From Actinomycetota bacterium (GTDB lineage: Bacteria > Actinomycetota > Coriobacteriia > Anaerosomatales > PHET01), in NCBI GenBank assembly GCA_037445775.1, contig JBBIJX010000005.1:1-61653 (forward strand): DNA of 61,653 bases, in the 5' to 3' direction. This document shows positions 1-10,359 of this stretch, piece after piece. Every line of letters starts with the position of its first letter. Position 1 is the stretch's first letter. The notes beneath the pieces are model-generated. The model saw only the letters and a program-made list of their open reading frames with translations, was not told the origin of the DNA and did no database searches. The position numbers were made by a program, and so were the translations under genes.

Positions 1-103
1 GACCCCGCCTCGCGACGACGCCGTTGCCTCCGGCTAAGAGTTAGACACCACCTCCTCCTCTGGGGGACTCTCACCCCCGAGCGACTGCCCATGCCGGGCG
101 TAC
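1..103 (-). mobile_element. Group II intron, class C (IIC), 5' end / domain I; continues beyond the left edge
   Basis: Minus strand from 103 reads GTACGCCCGGCATGGGC..GGGTGAGAGTCCC..TAACTCTTAGCCGGAGGCAACGGCGTC. This matches recalled IIC 5' motifs (GUNYG, CCCGGCAUGGG, GGGUGAGAGUCCC, UUAGCC..GCAA). It starts 6 nt after a terminator-like hairpin, the known IIC target context. Confidence 0.85.
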
Positions 104-139
104 ACACAAGGGCCCGTGCCGCTGGTGCGACTCGGGCCC
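104..139 (-). terminator. Intrinsic terminator-like hairpin after hemL (intron target)
   Basis: GGGCCCG-A-GTCGC-acca-GCGGC-A-CGGGCCC followed by TTGTGT on the minus strand. Confidence 0.7.
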
Positions 140-182
140 CGGTCATGGTCCGCTTGAGCGCGAGCGCGCGCCCCTCGGCGTC

Positions 183-1469
183 CTACGCCAGCTCCGCGAG
201 CACCTCGCCCGCCGCGGCGACGAACGCCTCGATCTCCTCGTCGGTGTGCGCCATCGAGACGAAGCACGCCTCGAACTGGCTCGGCGCGAGCCAGTAGCCG
301 CGGTCGAGCATGCCGCGGAAGAAGGCGGCGTACTTCTGCGTGTCGCTCGTGGAGGCCGTCGCCCAGTTGCTCACGTCGAGGTGCGTGAAGAACATCGTCG
401 ACATCGAGCCCACACGGTTGCACGACGTGTGAACGGCCGCGCTTCCCGCCGCGCGGCACAGGCCGTCGGCGAGCTTCTTGCCCTTGCGGTCGAGCTCCTC
501 GTAGACACCGGGCTGGCTGAGCCCGGCGATTGTGGCGAGACCCGCCACCATCGCGATGGGGTTGCCCGAAAGCGTGCCCGCCTGGTAGACGGGGCCCTCC
601 GGCGCGAGGTGGCGCATGATCTCCGCCTTCCCGCCGAACGCGCCCACCGGAAAGCCGCCACCGATGATCTTGCCGAGCGTGGTGAGGTCCGGCGTGACGC
701 CGTAGAGCTCCTGAGCGCCGCCCAAGGCAACGCGGAATCCGCTGATGACCTCGTCGAAGATGAGCACGGTGCCGTGCGCGTCGCAGAGGTCGCGCAGACC
801 CTGCAGGAAGCCCGCCTTCGGCGGCACGACGCCCATGTTGCCCGCGATGGGCTCGAGGATGATCGCCGCGATCTGTTCGGCGTTGGCCTCGAGAGCCTCG
901 CGCACCGCGTCGAGGTCGTTGTAGGGCAGGACGATGGTGTCCTTCGCCGCGCCCCCGGTCACACCCGGTGTGCCGGGGATCGAGAGCGTGAGGAGCCCCG
1001 AGCCCGCCGCAACGAGCAGCGCGTCGGAGTGTCCGTGGTAGTTGCCATCGAACTTGATGAACTTCTCGCGCCCGGTGTAGCCGCGAGCGAGCCGGATCGC
1101 ACTCATCGTAGCCTCGGTGCCGCTCGACACGAACCGCACCATCTCGACGCTCGGAACGGCCTTGATGACGGCCTCGGCCGCAGTGATCTCGATGCAGGTG
1201 GGCGCGCCGTAGCTCGTGCCCTTGTCGAGTTGCTCGCGCACGGCGTCGAGCACGGCGTCGTTCGCATGCCCTAGGATCATGGGCCCCCAGGAAGCCACGA
1301 AGTCGACGTACTCGCGCCCGTCGACGTCCCAGATGCGGGAGCCCTTCGCGCGCTCGACGAACCGGGGCTCGATGCCCACGCTCTTGTACGCGCGAACCGG
1401 TGAGTTCACGCCGCCGGGGATGACACTGCAGGCGGCGGCGAAGGAGTCGTGCGATGTGGTCTGAGTCAT
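183..1469 (-). CDS. hemL: Glutamate-1-semialdehyde 2,1-aminomutase
   Basis: IPGGVNSPVRA, SGTEATMSAIRLARG, FDEVISGFR, GKIIGGG, YQAGTLSGNP. Start moved to ATG 1469 (MTQTT). Confidence 0.97.
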   Translation of the reverse strand: MTQTTSHDSFAAACSVIPGGVNSPVRAYKSVGIEPRFVERAKGSRIWDVDGREYVDFVASWGPMILGHANDAVLDAVREQLDKGTSYGAPTCIEITAAEAVIKAVPSVEMVRFVSSGTEATMSAIRLARGYTGREKFIKFDGNYHGHSDALLVAAGSGLLTLSIPGTPGVTGGAAKDTIVLPYNDLDAVREALEANAEQIAAIILEPIAGNMGVVPPKAGFLQGLRDLCDAHGTVLIFDEVISGFRVALGGAQELYGVTPDLTTLGKIIGGGFPVGAFGGKAEIMRHLAPEGPVYQAGTLSGNPIAMVAGLATIAGLSQPGVYEELDRKGKKLADGLCRAAGSAAVHTSCNRVGSMSTMFFTHLDVSNWATASTSDTQKYAAFFRGMLDRGYWLAPSQFEACFVSMAHTDEEIEAFVAAAGEVLAELA

Positions 1470-1564
1470 GGCTGACGTGCCTTCCCTGAGGTGTTCGGCC
1501 GCGCCTGCGCGCGTGACGTCCGAGCGAGTGGTGACCGGCGCTCGTATTCTAGCGCAGCGACGCC

Positions 1565-2602
1565 TTAGCGCCGCCGCAGAAGCCGGAGCACCCCTTGGCG
1601 AGGCGCCGTGCGGTGAGCGCTCCCCTGCTCGGCTAACATCTCGGCCTCGTGCGCGACGTAGTGGTCGTAGGCCCGACGCACCATCGCGTCGTTGCTGTCG
1701 CGGGGTGTCCACCCCAGCACTGCGGACGTCTCGCTGATGTCGAAGGCGAACGGGTGACCGAGTGTGAGGTAATGCCAGTCGGTGAGCGGTGACAGACGTA
1801 GCCGGTCGAGTGCGGCCAGAGCGACGCGAGCGGGCACGGCGGGCACGTGCCACATTCGAGACCCGGTGCCTGCGTGCTCGATCAGATGATCGACGAGCTC
1901 TTCGAAGGTTCCGAACTCGGCGGCACCCGCGTTGAGCACGGTGCCCGGTGCGACCTGATGCGTCGCACACCGTACCGTGGCGTCGACGAGATCGCTGCCG
2001 CTCACGAGCTGGAACTGCTCGCTACCGTCACCGACGACGATGACGCGCGACCCGCGCGCGATCCAGTCGAACAGAATCTGGAAGATCCCGCCACGACCCT
2101 CGTCGACGATGGTGCGAGGCCGCAGGATGACGGCGTGAAGGCCTCGCTCGACGCGCGCGAGGACCTCGAGTTCGGCCGCGTGCTTGCTTGCGCCGTAGCG
2201 CCCCACGGGGCACGTCGGTGTCGCCGGTGTGATGGGCATGAGAACTCGCCGAGGGTCGAATACGGCGCTTGATGAGAGGTGCACGAAGCGACGCACGCCC
2301 GAGTCGAGCGCCGCATCGGCGACCACGCCCGAACCCGTCGCGTTCACGTCGGTGAAACCATTGCCCGCCTTTGTGAGCGGCACGAGCGCTGCCGTGTGGT
2401 AGACCACGTCGGCGCCTGCTACCGCGTCACGCACGGCGCCCGCGTCGAGGACGCTGCCGGCGCGCCAGTCCACGGCATCACACGCCTGCCCGGCAGGAGG
2501 TACTGGGTCGAGAACGCGTACCGAGTGGCCCAGCCCCACAAGGTGTGCGACGAGCATCGCTCCGAAGAACCCCGAGCCACCTGTGACTAGGTCGACGGTC
2601 AC
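1565..2602 (-). CDS. NAD-dependent epimerase/dehydratase (extended SDR)
   Basis: LVTGGSGFFG, HLSSSAV, YGASK. GTG start overlaps the upstream TGA. Confidence 0.88.
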   Translation of the reverse strand: MTVDLVTGGSGFFGAMLVAHLVGLGHSVRVLDPVPPAGQACDAVDWRAGSVLDAGAVRDAVAGADVVYHTAALVPLTKAGNGFTDVNATGSGVVADAALDSGVRRFVHLSSSAVFDPRRVLMPITPATPTCPVGRYGASKHAAELEVLARVERGLHAVILRPRTIVDEGRGGIFQILFDWIARGSRVIVVGDGSEQFQLVSGSDLVDATVRCATHQVAPGTVLNAGAAEFGTFEELVDHLIEHAGTGSRMWHVPAVPARVALAALDRLRLSPLTDWHYLTLGHPFAFDISETSAVLGWTPRDSNDAMVRRAYDHYVAHEAEMLAEQGSAHRTAPRQGVLRLLRRR

Positions 2603-3600
2603 CCGCGCGCCTCCGCGAGCAACCCGCGCTCGCGAGCCCATGCGATCGAACGGGCCATGCCGCCGGTGAGATCGGTGGGTGGCTCCCACCCTAGGTCCTT
2701 CTTCGCCTTGGTGACGCTGCACGCGATGTCCTTGTACATCTCGCCCGCAACGTGGATCTCCATCTGGTAGACATGCAGCGCCTGCAACACTCGATCACCG
2801 AACGCTGAAAGGTCGGAGGCGACCTTCGGGAACGACGACGTGCGCAGTTCCACGTCGAGCAGGCGAGCGATCGTTTCGTAGACGTGGCGCGTCGTATATG
2901 GCCGCTCATCGGCGATCCAATACAGTTCCCCGGCAGCACGCGTCTCAGTGGCGCACCGGATGAGCGCGTCGCACAGCGAGTCAACCTCGGTCATCGAACG
3001 CAAGTTCAGCCCATCTCCGAACAGAGGTGCCTTGCCGACGATGATCATGTTCATGAGCCGCGTCTGACGCTGCGGTTGGCCAGGCCCGTAGAACCAGCAC
3101 GGGCGCACGATGACCGTCTCAAGCAGGCCACGCACGAAGACGTCGTTGACGTACTGTTCGGCTTCGAGCTTGCTTCGCCCGTAGGCCATGTATGGCCGCT
3201 CGCGAGAGTACTCGTTGAGCAAGGTATCGCGTGACACGTTGCAGCCCGCTGCCGAGTTGCTGCTCACGTAGACGAAACGTCGAACTCCCGATCTCACCCC
3301 CTCGGCAAGAAGGTTCTTCGTACCCGCCGTATTGACGTCGAACAGGCCGCGCAGACTCAAGGGTGGCGGGTGGATAAGACCAGCGGCATGAAACACGACG
3401 TCGATCCCATCCGTGATTCCCGCAAGCGAGCGAGTATCGCGAAGATCGCCGCGTACGATCTCAGCGTCTGCGACAGCGTTTTCCGCATCAGGATGCACGA
3501 GACAGCGGACCGCGAAGCCGCGGAGCACTAGCTGCTCGACGAGTCGCGTGCCGAGCCATCCAGGAGCTCCGGTGACCAATGCGCGTCGAGAGCCACTCAT
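2599..3600 (-). CDS. NAD-dependent epimerase/dehydratase (extended SDR)
   Basis: LVTGAPGWLG, FHAAG, YVSS, YGRSK, RPCWFYGPG. Confidence 0.9.
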   Translation of the reverse strand: MSGSRRALVTGAPGWLGTRLVEQLVLRGFAVRCLVHPDAENAVADAEIVRGDLRDTRSLAGITDGIDVVFHAAGLIHPPPLSLRGLFDVNTAGTKNLLAEGVRSGVRRFVYVSSNSAAGCNVSRDTLLNEYSRERPYMAYGRSKLEAEQYVNDVFVRGLLETVIVRPCWFYGPGQPQRQTRLMNMIIVGKAPLFGDGLNLRSMTEVDSLCDALIRCATETRAAGELYWIADERPYTTRHVYETIARLLDVELRTSSFPKVASDLSAFGDRVLQALHVYQMEIHVAGEMYKDIACSVTKAKKDLGWEPPTDLTGGMARSIAWARERGLLAEARG

Positions 3601-3664
3601 GTGGATTCAACCTTTCGCGTGTGACTTCGGCACCCCGGGGAATCCGCCTGGGTCAGCTGGTATT

Positions 3665-5656
3665 CTAGCGCGGGTTCGGCGGCGGGCGGTTCCAGCCCCT
3701 CATCAGTCGGCTGTGCCCGGGACCGGTCGCTTCGATTTGTGGCTCCAATTCTCGTGCCTTGGTCACATCACCTGACGCAAGCGCAAGGTAGTAGGAGTAC
3801 AGGAGATACCGGGGGGCGCGAGGCACAAGTGCGGCCGTGCGTTCGAGCAACCCACGTGCCTGCGCCACCTCGCCCGAGAGCAGTGCCAGATGTGCCTGCT
3901 CGAGAATGACGTCGGGGTGGCTGGGCGCAAGACGCGATGCCCGTTGGATTCGCTCTGTTTCCCAGGAGAGGTCGGTGCGCCCGCCCAGATAGGCCTCGTC
4001 CAATGACAACTGGACTAGATTGGCGACGAAACCTGCGTTGCGCAACACTCCGTCGGGAGCCGTATCCACCTGCTTCCGGTACGACTCCAGGTCTGAAAGG
4101 CCCTCGCTCGCCAAGAAACCCGTCGCGTACAGGGCCTCATACGCCAGATAGGGGCGCCACGGCTGCGCGCGCTGTGCCCGCAGATACGCGGCACGCGCGA
4201 GCTCGGGAGCCGACTGACCGTAAGCCGAGGAAACCTGCGTGTCGGAGTACGCGGCGGTGCCCGCTAGCCACAGGGCAACGACGGTCGCGAGTGCCGCAAC
4301 GGCCGGACGCACCACCGGCAGCGAGGCACCGGACGACTTCGCGCGAGTGACCTCCGCATCTGCCGGGGCGCCATGATGCTGGTTGGCTCCACCGGCCGTC
4401 GCCAGCCCGGCAATGAGCGGCACCAACGGCCCGAACGATACCGCCCACGGCATGAAGAGCAGCGCGGCGACGCACGTCGCGACAGAGACAACGAGCGCGC
4501 AGCGCAGCGCCCACGAGGGGGACTCGGAGGTTCCCCTTGAGACCAGGCTTCGGGCGAGCCGAGCCCACTCGGAAACGAGCCATGCCAGGACCGCGATGCC
4601 CACAAGGCCTAGGCTCCCAAGCGCGAGTAGCGGAAGGGAATGCGGATCCTTCATGAGCACCCGGTAGTCCGAGTAGCCGCCGGACTCCAGCGTGAGGAGT
4701 CGCTCAGAGAGGTAGCCCTGCGACGCGAGCTGCATTCCATCGGGGCCCACGCCAAGCAGCGGGTGATCGGCGAAGATGGCGACAGCCATCTTCCACATCT
4801 CGATTCGGGTGAGCACGGTATCGCCTGCCACCCTTTGGGTCATGAAGGAGTCGACCGGCTCCGGCAGGACGTCGCCGGCGAGCGAGGCCGACGCGAGGAG
4901 CGCCAACACCACGACCGCGACGATTACGCCCCCGGCGACGCGTCGACCAGTCGTGCGCGCGATTCCCAGCAGCGGACCCGGTGCGAGCAGCGAGACCCCA
5001 GTCACCGCGACCGCCAGCGCGACGATCGCCGAAACACTCCCCGTCGCCAGGCACCCCGCGACCAGCGTGAGGACAAGGTAGCGCCACCACGGACGAAGTC
5101 GCGCTTCGTGTTCGGCGCTCGCGTAGAACAGCGCGAGAGGCACGAGCGTCGCAAGCGCGGCACCCGCGTAGTTGGCGTTTCCGAAGCCGCCGGTGACCTG
5201 GGGGGCGCCCGACGCGCGCTCCCATAGCACTATCGCAGCCGACACCGCTCCCCAAGCGAAGATGAGACGCAGCGCACCCACCACCCGGATCGAGGGCCTC
5301 GAAGACGCTGCAAGCACGAACACAGCAAGCAGCGCCAGCCAAGACGCGGCACCCATCAGGCTGTCCTCTGCGCCCCAAGTGAGCAGCATTGTTCGCGAAG
5401 GAGATGCAATAGCAGCCACGACGGTGGCTGCGGCCAAGGCTACAGCAGCCATCGTCAGCCGACGTGGCGTCCGAAACGCAGCGGGATTGAGTGCCCACGC
5501 CCAGAGCCACACGCACGCGGATAGCAGCACGCCCCCGAAACGCATCGTGTACGGAGCCACCGAAAACGCGGGTTGGACGAACGGTGCAAACGCCGTGAAC
5601 CCGACAGCTGTCGGCACCGCGAGTCGAGTGCGGATGATCACGACGGTCGAATCCAT
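3665..5656 (-). CDS. O-antigen ligase / oligosaccharyltransferase-like membrane protein with C-terminal TPR-like region
   Basis: Many TM segments; GGFGNANYAG, RIEMW..AVAIFADHPLLGVG and DPHS (Wzy_C-type motifs); helical soluble C-terminus. Confidence 0.8.
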   Translation of the reverse strand: MDSTVVIIRTRLAVPTAVGFTAFAPFVQPAFSVAPYTMRFGGVLLSACVWLWAWALNPAAFRTPRRLTMAAVALAAATVVAAIASPSRTMLLTWGAEDSLMGAASWLALLAVFVLAASSRPSIRVVGALRLIFAWGAVSAAIVLWERASGAPQVTGGFGNANYAGAALATLVPLALFYASAEHEARLRPWWRYLVLTLVAGCLATGSVSAIVALAVAVTGVSLLAPGPLLGIARTTGRRVAGGVIVAVVVLALLASASLAGDVLPEPVDSFMTQRVAGDTVLTRIEMWKMAVAIFADHPLLGVGPDGMQLASQGYLSERLLTLESGGYSDYRVLMKDPHSLPLLALGSLGLVGIAVLAWLVSEWARLARSLVSRGTSESPSWALRCALVVSVATCVAALLFMPWAVSFGPLVPLIAGLATAGGANQHHGAPADAEVTRAKSSGASLPVVRPAVAALATVVALWLAGTAAYSDTQVSSAYGQSAPELARAAYLRAQRAQPWRPYLAYEALYATGFLASEGLSDLESYRKQVDTAPDGVLRNAGFVANLVQLSLDEAYLGGRTDLSWETERIQRASRLAPSHPDVILEQAHLALLSGEVAQARGLLERTAALVPRAPRYLLYSYYLALASGDVTKARELEPQIEATGPGHSRLMRGWNRPPPNPR

Positions 5657-5687
5657 GCAAGGACCCTTCTGCCGATCGACCCCGAGT

Positions 5688-6557
5688 CTAGAAGTAGAGA
5701 ATGCAAACGACCGCAGCGGCCCACAGCACCACGGAAGCGATTATGGGCATGTCCGTGAGAAGAATCTCCTCCGGATTTCCGCCCAGATTGCGATCGTAGA
5801 TGAGGAAGAGATATCTGAAGACACCGTATGCCACGAACGGCACTGTATAGATGAGCGTGGGCGCCGTTTGAGCCGTCTCGGATAGGGACGCGTAGATGGC
5901 GTAGGTGACGATCGTGGCGCCAGTGACCGACGCGAGCAACGCGTCGAGCAGCGGTGCGCTGTATGACTGCAGCGCCGGCCGGTGCGCAGACGCTTCGGCT
6001 TCTAGCAGCAACAGCTCGTGGCGCCGCTTGCCAAACGCAAGAAACAGCGCGAGCAGCGAGACTGCTGAGTACAGCCAGGATGAGAACTCTGCACCGATCG
6101 CAGCGGAACCAGCCGCGACCCGCAACACGAATCCGGCAGAGACGGCGAATGCGTCGAGGATGGCAACGTGTTTCAGCAGCAGCATATACGCAATCTGCAA
6201 CACCATGTAGGCCAAGACAGGAGCGGCAGCCTCGCGAGTCATGAAGTACGTGACACCAAGCGCGGTGATTCCTGCCACGCCCGACGCCATGAGAGCTGTG
6301 GGCGCACTGACGTCGCCCTTCGCTATCGGACGCAGTCGCTTCCTCGCGTGCCTGCGATCACGTTCCACATCAAGCACATCATTGAGCAAATAGGCTGAGC
6401 CGGACAGAAGACAGAACACGATGAAGGTGCCACAGGCAAGCAGCAGCATCCGTTGGTCGGCCAGTTCATGGGCGAAGATGAGGGGCACGAAGACGAGCAG
6501 GTTCTTCGTCCATTGCCTCGGCCGCATGGAGATCAAGATCAGGTGTAACCGGCTCAC
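5688..6557 (-). CDS. UbiA-family prenyltransferase, decaprenyl-phosphate phosphoribosyltransferase-like
   Basis: MRPRQWTKNLLVF, YLLNDVLDVERDRRHARKRLRPIA, FGKRRHEL, YGVFRY, GGNPEE. Confidence 0.9.
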   Translation of the reverse strand: MSRLHLILISMRPRQWTKNLLVFVPLIFAHELADQRMLLLACGTFIVFCLLSGSAYLLNDVLDVERDRRHARKRLRPIAKGDVSAPTALMASGVAGITALGVTYFMTREAAAPVLAYMVLQIAYMLLLKHVAILDAFAVSAGFVLRVAAGSAAIGAEFSSWLYSAVSLLALFLAFGKRRHELLLLEAEASAHRPALQSYSAPLLDALLASVTGATIVTYAIYASLSETAQTAPTLIYTVPFVAYGVFRYLFLIYDRNLGGNPEEILLTDMPIIASVVLWAAAVVCILYF

Positions 6558-6804
6558 CGCTCGACCCGCTCGTCCGGGCGCAATCCGTCGTGCACTGTTA
6601 CGGATACAAGGTCCGTCGACGAGGTGCCGACGATCTTCGCGGGCGCCCAGTTGCCTTTCGCCAATTGAATCTCCCGCCGCACCAGCGCCATCTCCTCGAA
6701 TCGACAGCCTCTTGACGGCCCGCAGATTGTAGCAGAGGCGACTGTTCTGCCGAGGTTATGCGCTACGCTTCGCGGCAAGGCGTACCGACTCCCGAGGATT
6801 CACC

Positions 6805-7797
6805 GTGAATTTCCGCCGTGCCCTGCGTGGCCTACTAGCCCCTGCGCTCCTGAGCGCGCTCGCCTACGCGCTGCTTGCGGCAGTGGGTGACTGGCGCACA
6901 GTATCGGCTGCCGTGAGGTCCTTCCCCGCGACGACCCTGCTGCTCATGCTGTCTCTCACCCTCGCGAACTACGTGATTCGCTCGTTTCGCCTGCGCTTCC
7001 TCGTGCGCCTGTGTGGCCACGACATGGCGATAAGTGACGCGCTGTTCACGCAGTTCGGAAGCATCACCATGACCGTCACGCCCGGCAAAGTGGGCGAGAT
7101 CCTGAAGGCACTGCTCGTGCGCGAGTACGCAGGCTTGCCGGTTTCGCGTGGAGTCGCGCTCGTGTTCTCCGAACGGCTCGTCGACGTGGTCGCGGTGACC
7201 GCGCTCGCGGTCGGCGCTGTGGGACTCTTTGCGAACAGCGGCCCGGCGCTCGCCGCGGCGGTCGTGGCCCTGGCAAGCGGCATCCTTGCGCTCAGCTCCG
7301 AGCGCGTCCATCGACTCGCTCTGTCGCTCGCGCTGAAGCAGCGCTGGATGCGGCAGCATCGCGAAGCGGCCGCGGCGGTCTCCTCGACGGTTCGGATGAC
7401 GTTGGGGCTCCGGCCCCTCGCAGTATCGGCGCTCTTCTCCGCCGCAGCGTGGAGCTGCGAGGGTCTCGCCTTTGCGCTGTGTCTGCGCGAACTCGGCTTC
7501 GACGGGCTCACGCTGCCGGCGGCCGTGGCGGTCTACGCGATCTCGACGCTCGCGGGCGCCTTCACGTTCCTGCCGGGTGGCATCGGCCTCACCGAGGCCT
7601 CGCTCGCGGGGTTGCTGGTCGCCTCAGGGATGCACGCGGCCGACGCCTCAGCCGCCACGCTGCTCATCCGCCTCGTGACGCTGTGGTTCGGCGTGGCACT
7701 GGGGTGGGTCGTGCTCGCAAGCCGCCCTGCCGTGATCAGGCGACTGCTGCGCGACCCCGAAGCAGACGACGCCGAGGAGTCCTCCCCGGCGTCGTAG
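6805..7797 (+). CDS. Lysylphosphatidylglycerol-synthase TM / flippase-like membrane protein (UPF0104)
   Basis: TPGKVGEILK, ERLVD, LPGGIGLTE, LLIRLVTLW. Confidence 0.85.
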   Translation: MNFRRALRGLLAPALLSALAYALLAAVGDWRTVSAAVRSFPATTLLLMLSLTLANYVIRSFRLRFLVRLCGHDMAISDALFTQFGSITMTVTPGKVGEILKALLVREYAGLPVSRGVALVFSERLVDVVAVTALAVGAVGLFANSGPALAAAVVALASGILALSSERVHRLALSLALKQRWMRQHREAAAAVSSTVRMTLGLRPLAVSALFSAAAWSCEGLAFALCLRELGFDGLTLPAAVAVYAISTLAGAFTFLPGGIGLTEASLAGLLVASGMHAADASAATLLIRLVTLWFGVALGWVVLASRPAVIRRLLRDPEADDAEESSPAS

Positions 7798-7840
7798 CGA
7801 TGCGATTCGGTTGTCGCCGCGCGTGTGGGCGGCTGCGCCC

Positions 7841-9319
7841 CTAGCCCTCTCCCGTCGTCGAGACTCCCACGTCGGCCGCGGCCTCCTCGAGTGAGCACTC
7901 GCCCTTCCATGCAGGCGGCTCATAGGCGCAGTATGGCTCGGCCTCGAGGTAGTCGCCGGTGAGCTCGAGCGCGCGCGCGCGGCACCCGCCGCAAACGGCC
8001 CTGTACTCGCACGCGCCGCACTTGCCCTTGAGGAGCGAGTAGTCGCGGAGGTCGTTGAAGACCTTCGACTCGGTCCAGATCTCGCTGAACGGCTTCTCCT
8101 TGACGTTGCCAAGCTGCATGTCGAAGTAACCGCACGGCTGGATGTCGCCAACGTGACTGATGAAACAGAAGGTGATGCCGCCAAGGCAGCCGCGCGTCAT
8201 CGCGTCGAGGCCGTACTCCTCGCGCGTGACCTTCTTGCCTTCGGCCTTCGCGAGCTGGCGGATGATGCGGTAGTAGTGCGGCGAGTCGGTGGGCTTGAAA
8301 TGCAGCGGGCTCGTCTTCTGGCGGTGGTACGCCCACGTGAGGACTCGCTCGTATTCCTCGGGCGGAAGTTCCTTCTCGAGGAGGTCGCTCCCGCGTCCGG
8401 TAGGCACAAGCATGAAGATGTGGAACGCGTCGACGTTCAAGGACTCCGCGAGGTCGTGGATCTCCTCGATCTTGTGCGCGTTCTCCGTCGTGACGGTGGT
8501 GTTCACCTGCACGCCCACGCCGTGACGCTTTGCGATCTTGATGCCCTCGATCGACTGGTCGAAGCAGCCCGGCTGGCCGCGGAACGTGTCGTGCTCTTCT
8601 GCCGTGGGAAAGTCGATCGATACGCTGATGCGCGGGATGCCGTGTTCTGCCATCTGGGCGGCGATCTCATCCGTGATCATCGTCGCGTTCGTGCCGATGA
8701 CCGGCATCGCGCCCCGCCCGTGGCAGTAGTCGACGATCTCCCAGATGTCGGGGCGCATGAGCGGCTCGCCGCCCGTGAGGATGATGATGGGGTTCGAGAT
8801 TGTGACGATGTCGTCGATGACGCCCTTGATCTGGTCGAGCGAGAGCTCGCCCGCGTAGTGGCCGAACTCCGCAGCCGCGCGACAGTGGGCGCACGAGAGA
8901 TTGCAGCTTCGCGTGATCTCCCAGGCGATGATGCGCGGCGCCTTGATGCCCGTGCGCTCCTGGTAGGCGATCGCCTGCGGTCCGCCACCGGGGCGGAAGC
9001 CGACGCTGCGCGCCCCGCCGTGCCGCTGGCGGTCCATGGGGACGCCCGGCACGCCCGCAGGCACGCCGCCAGGGTGGCCGCCGGGGTGGCCGGGACCGTG
9101 TCCGGCGAGCGATTCGCGAGGGGCGTGTTCACCGCTGGAGGCGGTGGACACGCCACGAGCGTCCGAGCGGGCGGGCATGGGCACGGCCACCCCGACTCCC
9201 CCGCACGGCGCCTCGGCCTCGGCCATCTCCTGTTCGGTTATCGTGCCCTCGTCCTCACCGAACTCGGCTTCGAGGTCGAGGTCCGGACGGGCATCGGCGT
9301 TGCCGACGTTGTCAGCCAT
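7841..9319 (-). CDS. ahbD: Radical SAM/SPASM heme b synthase (Fe-coproporphyrin decarboxylase)
   Basis: [56 protein letters not shown]; located in the heme operon. Confidence 0.82.
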   Translation of the reverse strand: MADNVGNADARPDLDLEAEFGEDEGTITEQEMAEAEAPCGGVGVAVPMPARSDARGVSTASSGEHAPRESLAGHGPGHPGGHPGGVPAGVPGVPMDRQRHGGARSVGFRPGGGPQAIAYQERTGIKAPRIIAWEITRSCNLSCAHCRAAAEFGHYAGELSLDQIKGVIDDIVTISNPIIILTGGEPLMRPDIWEIVDYCHGRGAMPVIGTNATMITDEIAAQMAEHGIPRISVSIDFPTAEEHDTFRGQPGCFDQSIEGIKIAKRHGVGVQVNTTVTTENAHKIEEIHDLAESLNVDAFHIFMLVPTGRGSDLLEKELPPEEYERVLTWAYHRQKTSPLHFKPTDSPHYYRIIRQLAKAEGKKVTREEYGLDAMTRGCLGGITFCFISHVGDIQPCGYFDMQLGNVKEKPFSEIWTESKVFNDLRDYSLLKGKCGACEYRAVCGGCRARALELTGDYLEAEPYCAYEPPAWKGECSLEEAAADVGVSTTGEG

Positions 9320-10307
9320 GCGCGTTCGAGCCCTTCTTGAGCCAGCGGGCGGCGTCCTTCGCGTGGTACGTCAGGATGAGGTCCGCCCCGGCCCGCTTGA
9401 AGCCGGTGAGCGTCTCGAGCACCACGCGCTCCTCGTCGATCCAGCCGTTGGCGGCGGCCGCCTTCACCATCGCGTACTCGCCGCTCACGTTGTAGGCGGC
9501 GGTGGGATAGCCGAACTCGTCCTTCACTCGGCGGATCATGTCCATGTAGGCGAGCGCGGGCTTGACCATGACGATGTCAGCGCCCTCATCGATGTCGAGC
9601 GCAGCCTCGCGGATGCCCTCCTCGGCGTTAGCCGGGTCCATCTGGTACTGCTTGCGGTCGCCGAACGACGGCGCGCTGTCCGCGGCGTCACGAAACGGCC
9701 CGTAGTAGCCGCTCGCATACTTCACCGAATACGCCATGATGGGCACGCCTGTGTGACCCTCGGCGTCGAGCGCCTCGCGGATCGCGCCCACGCGCCCGTC
9801 CATCATGTCGGAGGGCGCGACCATGTCGGCGCCGGCCTCAGCGTGCGTGACCGCCTCCTTGGCGAGCAGCTCGAGCGTGACGTCGTTCATCACGCAGCCG
9901 GCGTCGTCAAGGATGCCGCAGTGCCCGTGGTCGGTGTACTCGCACATGCACACGTCGGTGATCACGTAGAAGTCCGGGGCGTGTGCCTTGATGGCGCGGA
10001 TCGCCTGCTGCACGATGCCGTCCGGATCGTAGGCCTCTGAGCCCGCGGCGTCCTTAGAGCTGGGCAGCCCGAACAGGATGACTGCGGGGATTCCTAGCGT
10101 CCTGAGCTCGTCGATCTCGGCGGGAAGCATGTCGACGGAAAGCTGAAAGACTCCCGGCATCGACGAGACCTCGTCGCGCTTCCCGCGCCCGGGCTTCACG
10201 AAAAGCGGATAGATGAAGTCCACAGGCGACAGCGTGGTCTCCCGCACCATCGAGCGGATGGTCTCGTTCGCCCGCAGGCGGCGCGGACGGTACTTCGGGA
10301 ACTGCAT
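9312..10307 (-). CDS. hemB: Porphobilinogen synthase
   Basis: [48 protein letters not shown]; ATG at 10307. Confidence 0.97.
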   Translation of the reverse strand: MQFPKYRPRRLRANETIRSMVRETTLSPVDFIYPLFVKPGRGKRDEVSSMPGVFQLSVDMLPAEIDELRTLGIPAVILFGLPSSKDAAGSEAYDPDGIVQQAIRAIKAHAPDFYVITDVCMCEYTDHGHCGILDDAGCVMNDVTLELLAKEAVTHAEAGADMVAPSDMMDGRVGAIREALDAEGHTGVPIMAYSVKYASGYYGPFRDAADSAPSFGDRKQYQMDPANAEEGIREAALDIDEGADIVMVKPALAYMDMIRRVKDEFGYPTAAYNVSGEYAMVKAAAANGWIDEERVVLETLTGFKRAGADLILTYHAKDAARWLKKGSNAHG

Positions 10308-10359
10308 GTTGTGCTCCTCCGGCGCGAGACGCGTGCGGACGCGAGACGCGTGCGATGTG

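Noticed and set aside
1470-1970. N-terminal extension of the 595-aa hemL ORF
   Set aside because: Arg-rich read-through overlapping the epimerase gene; HemL homology starts at ATG 1469.
6554-6778. 74-aa ORF upstream of ubiA
   Set aside because: No recognisable motif, and it spans the divergent promoter region; cannot be supported as a gene.
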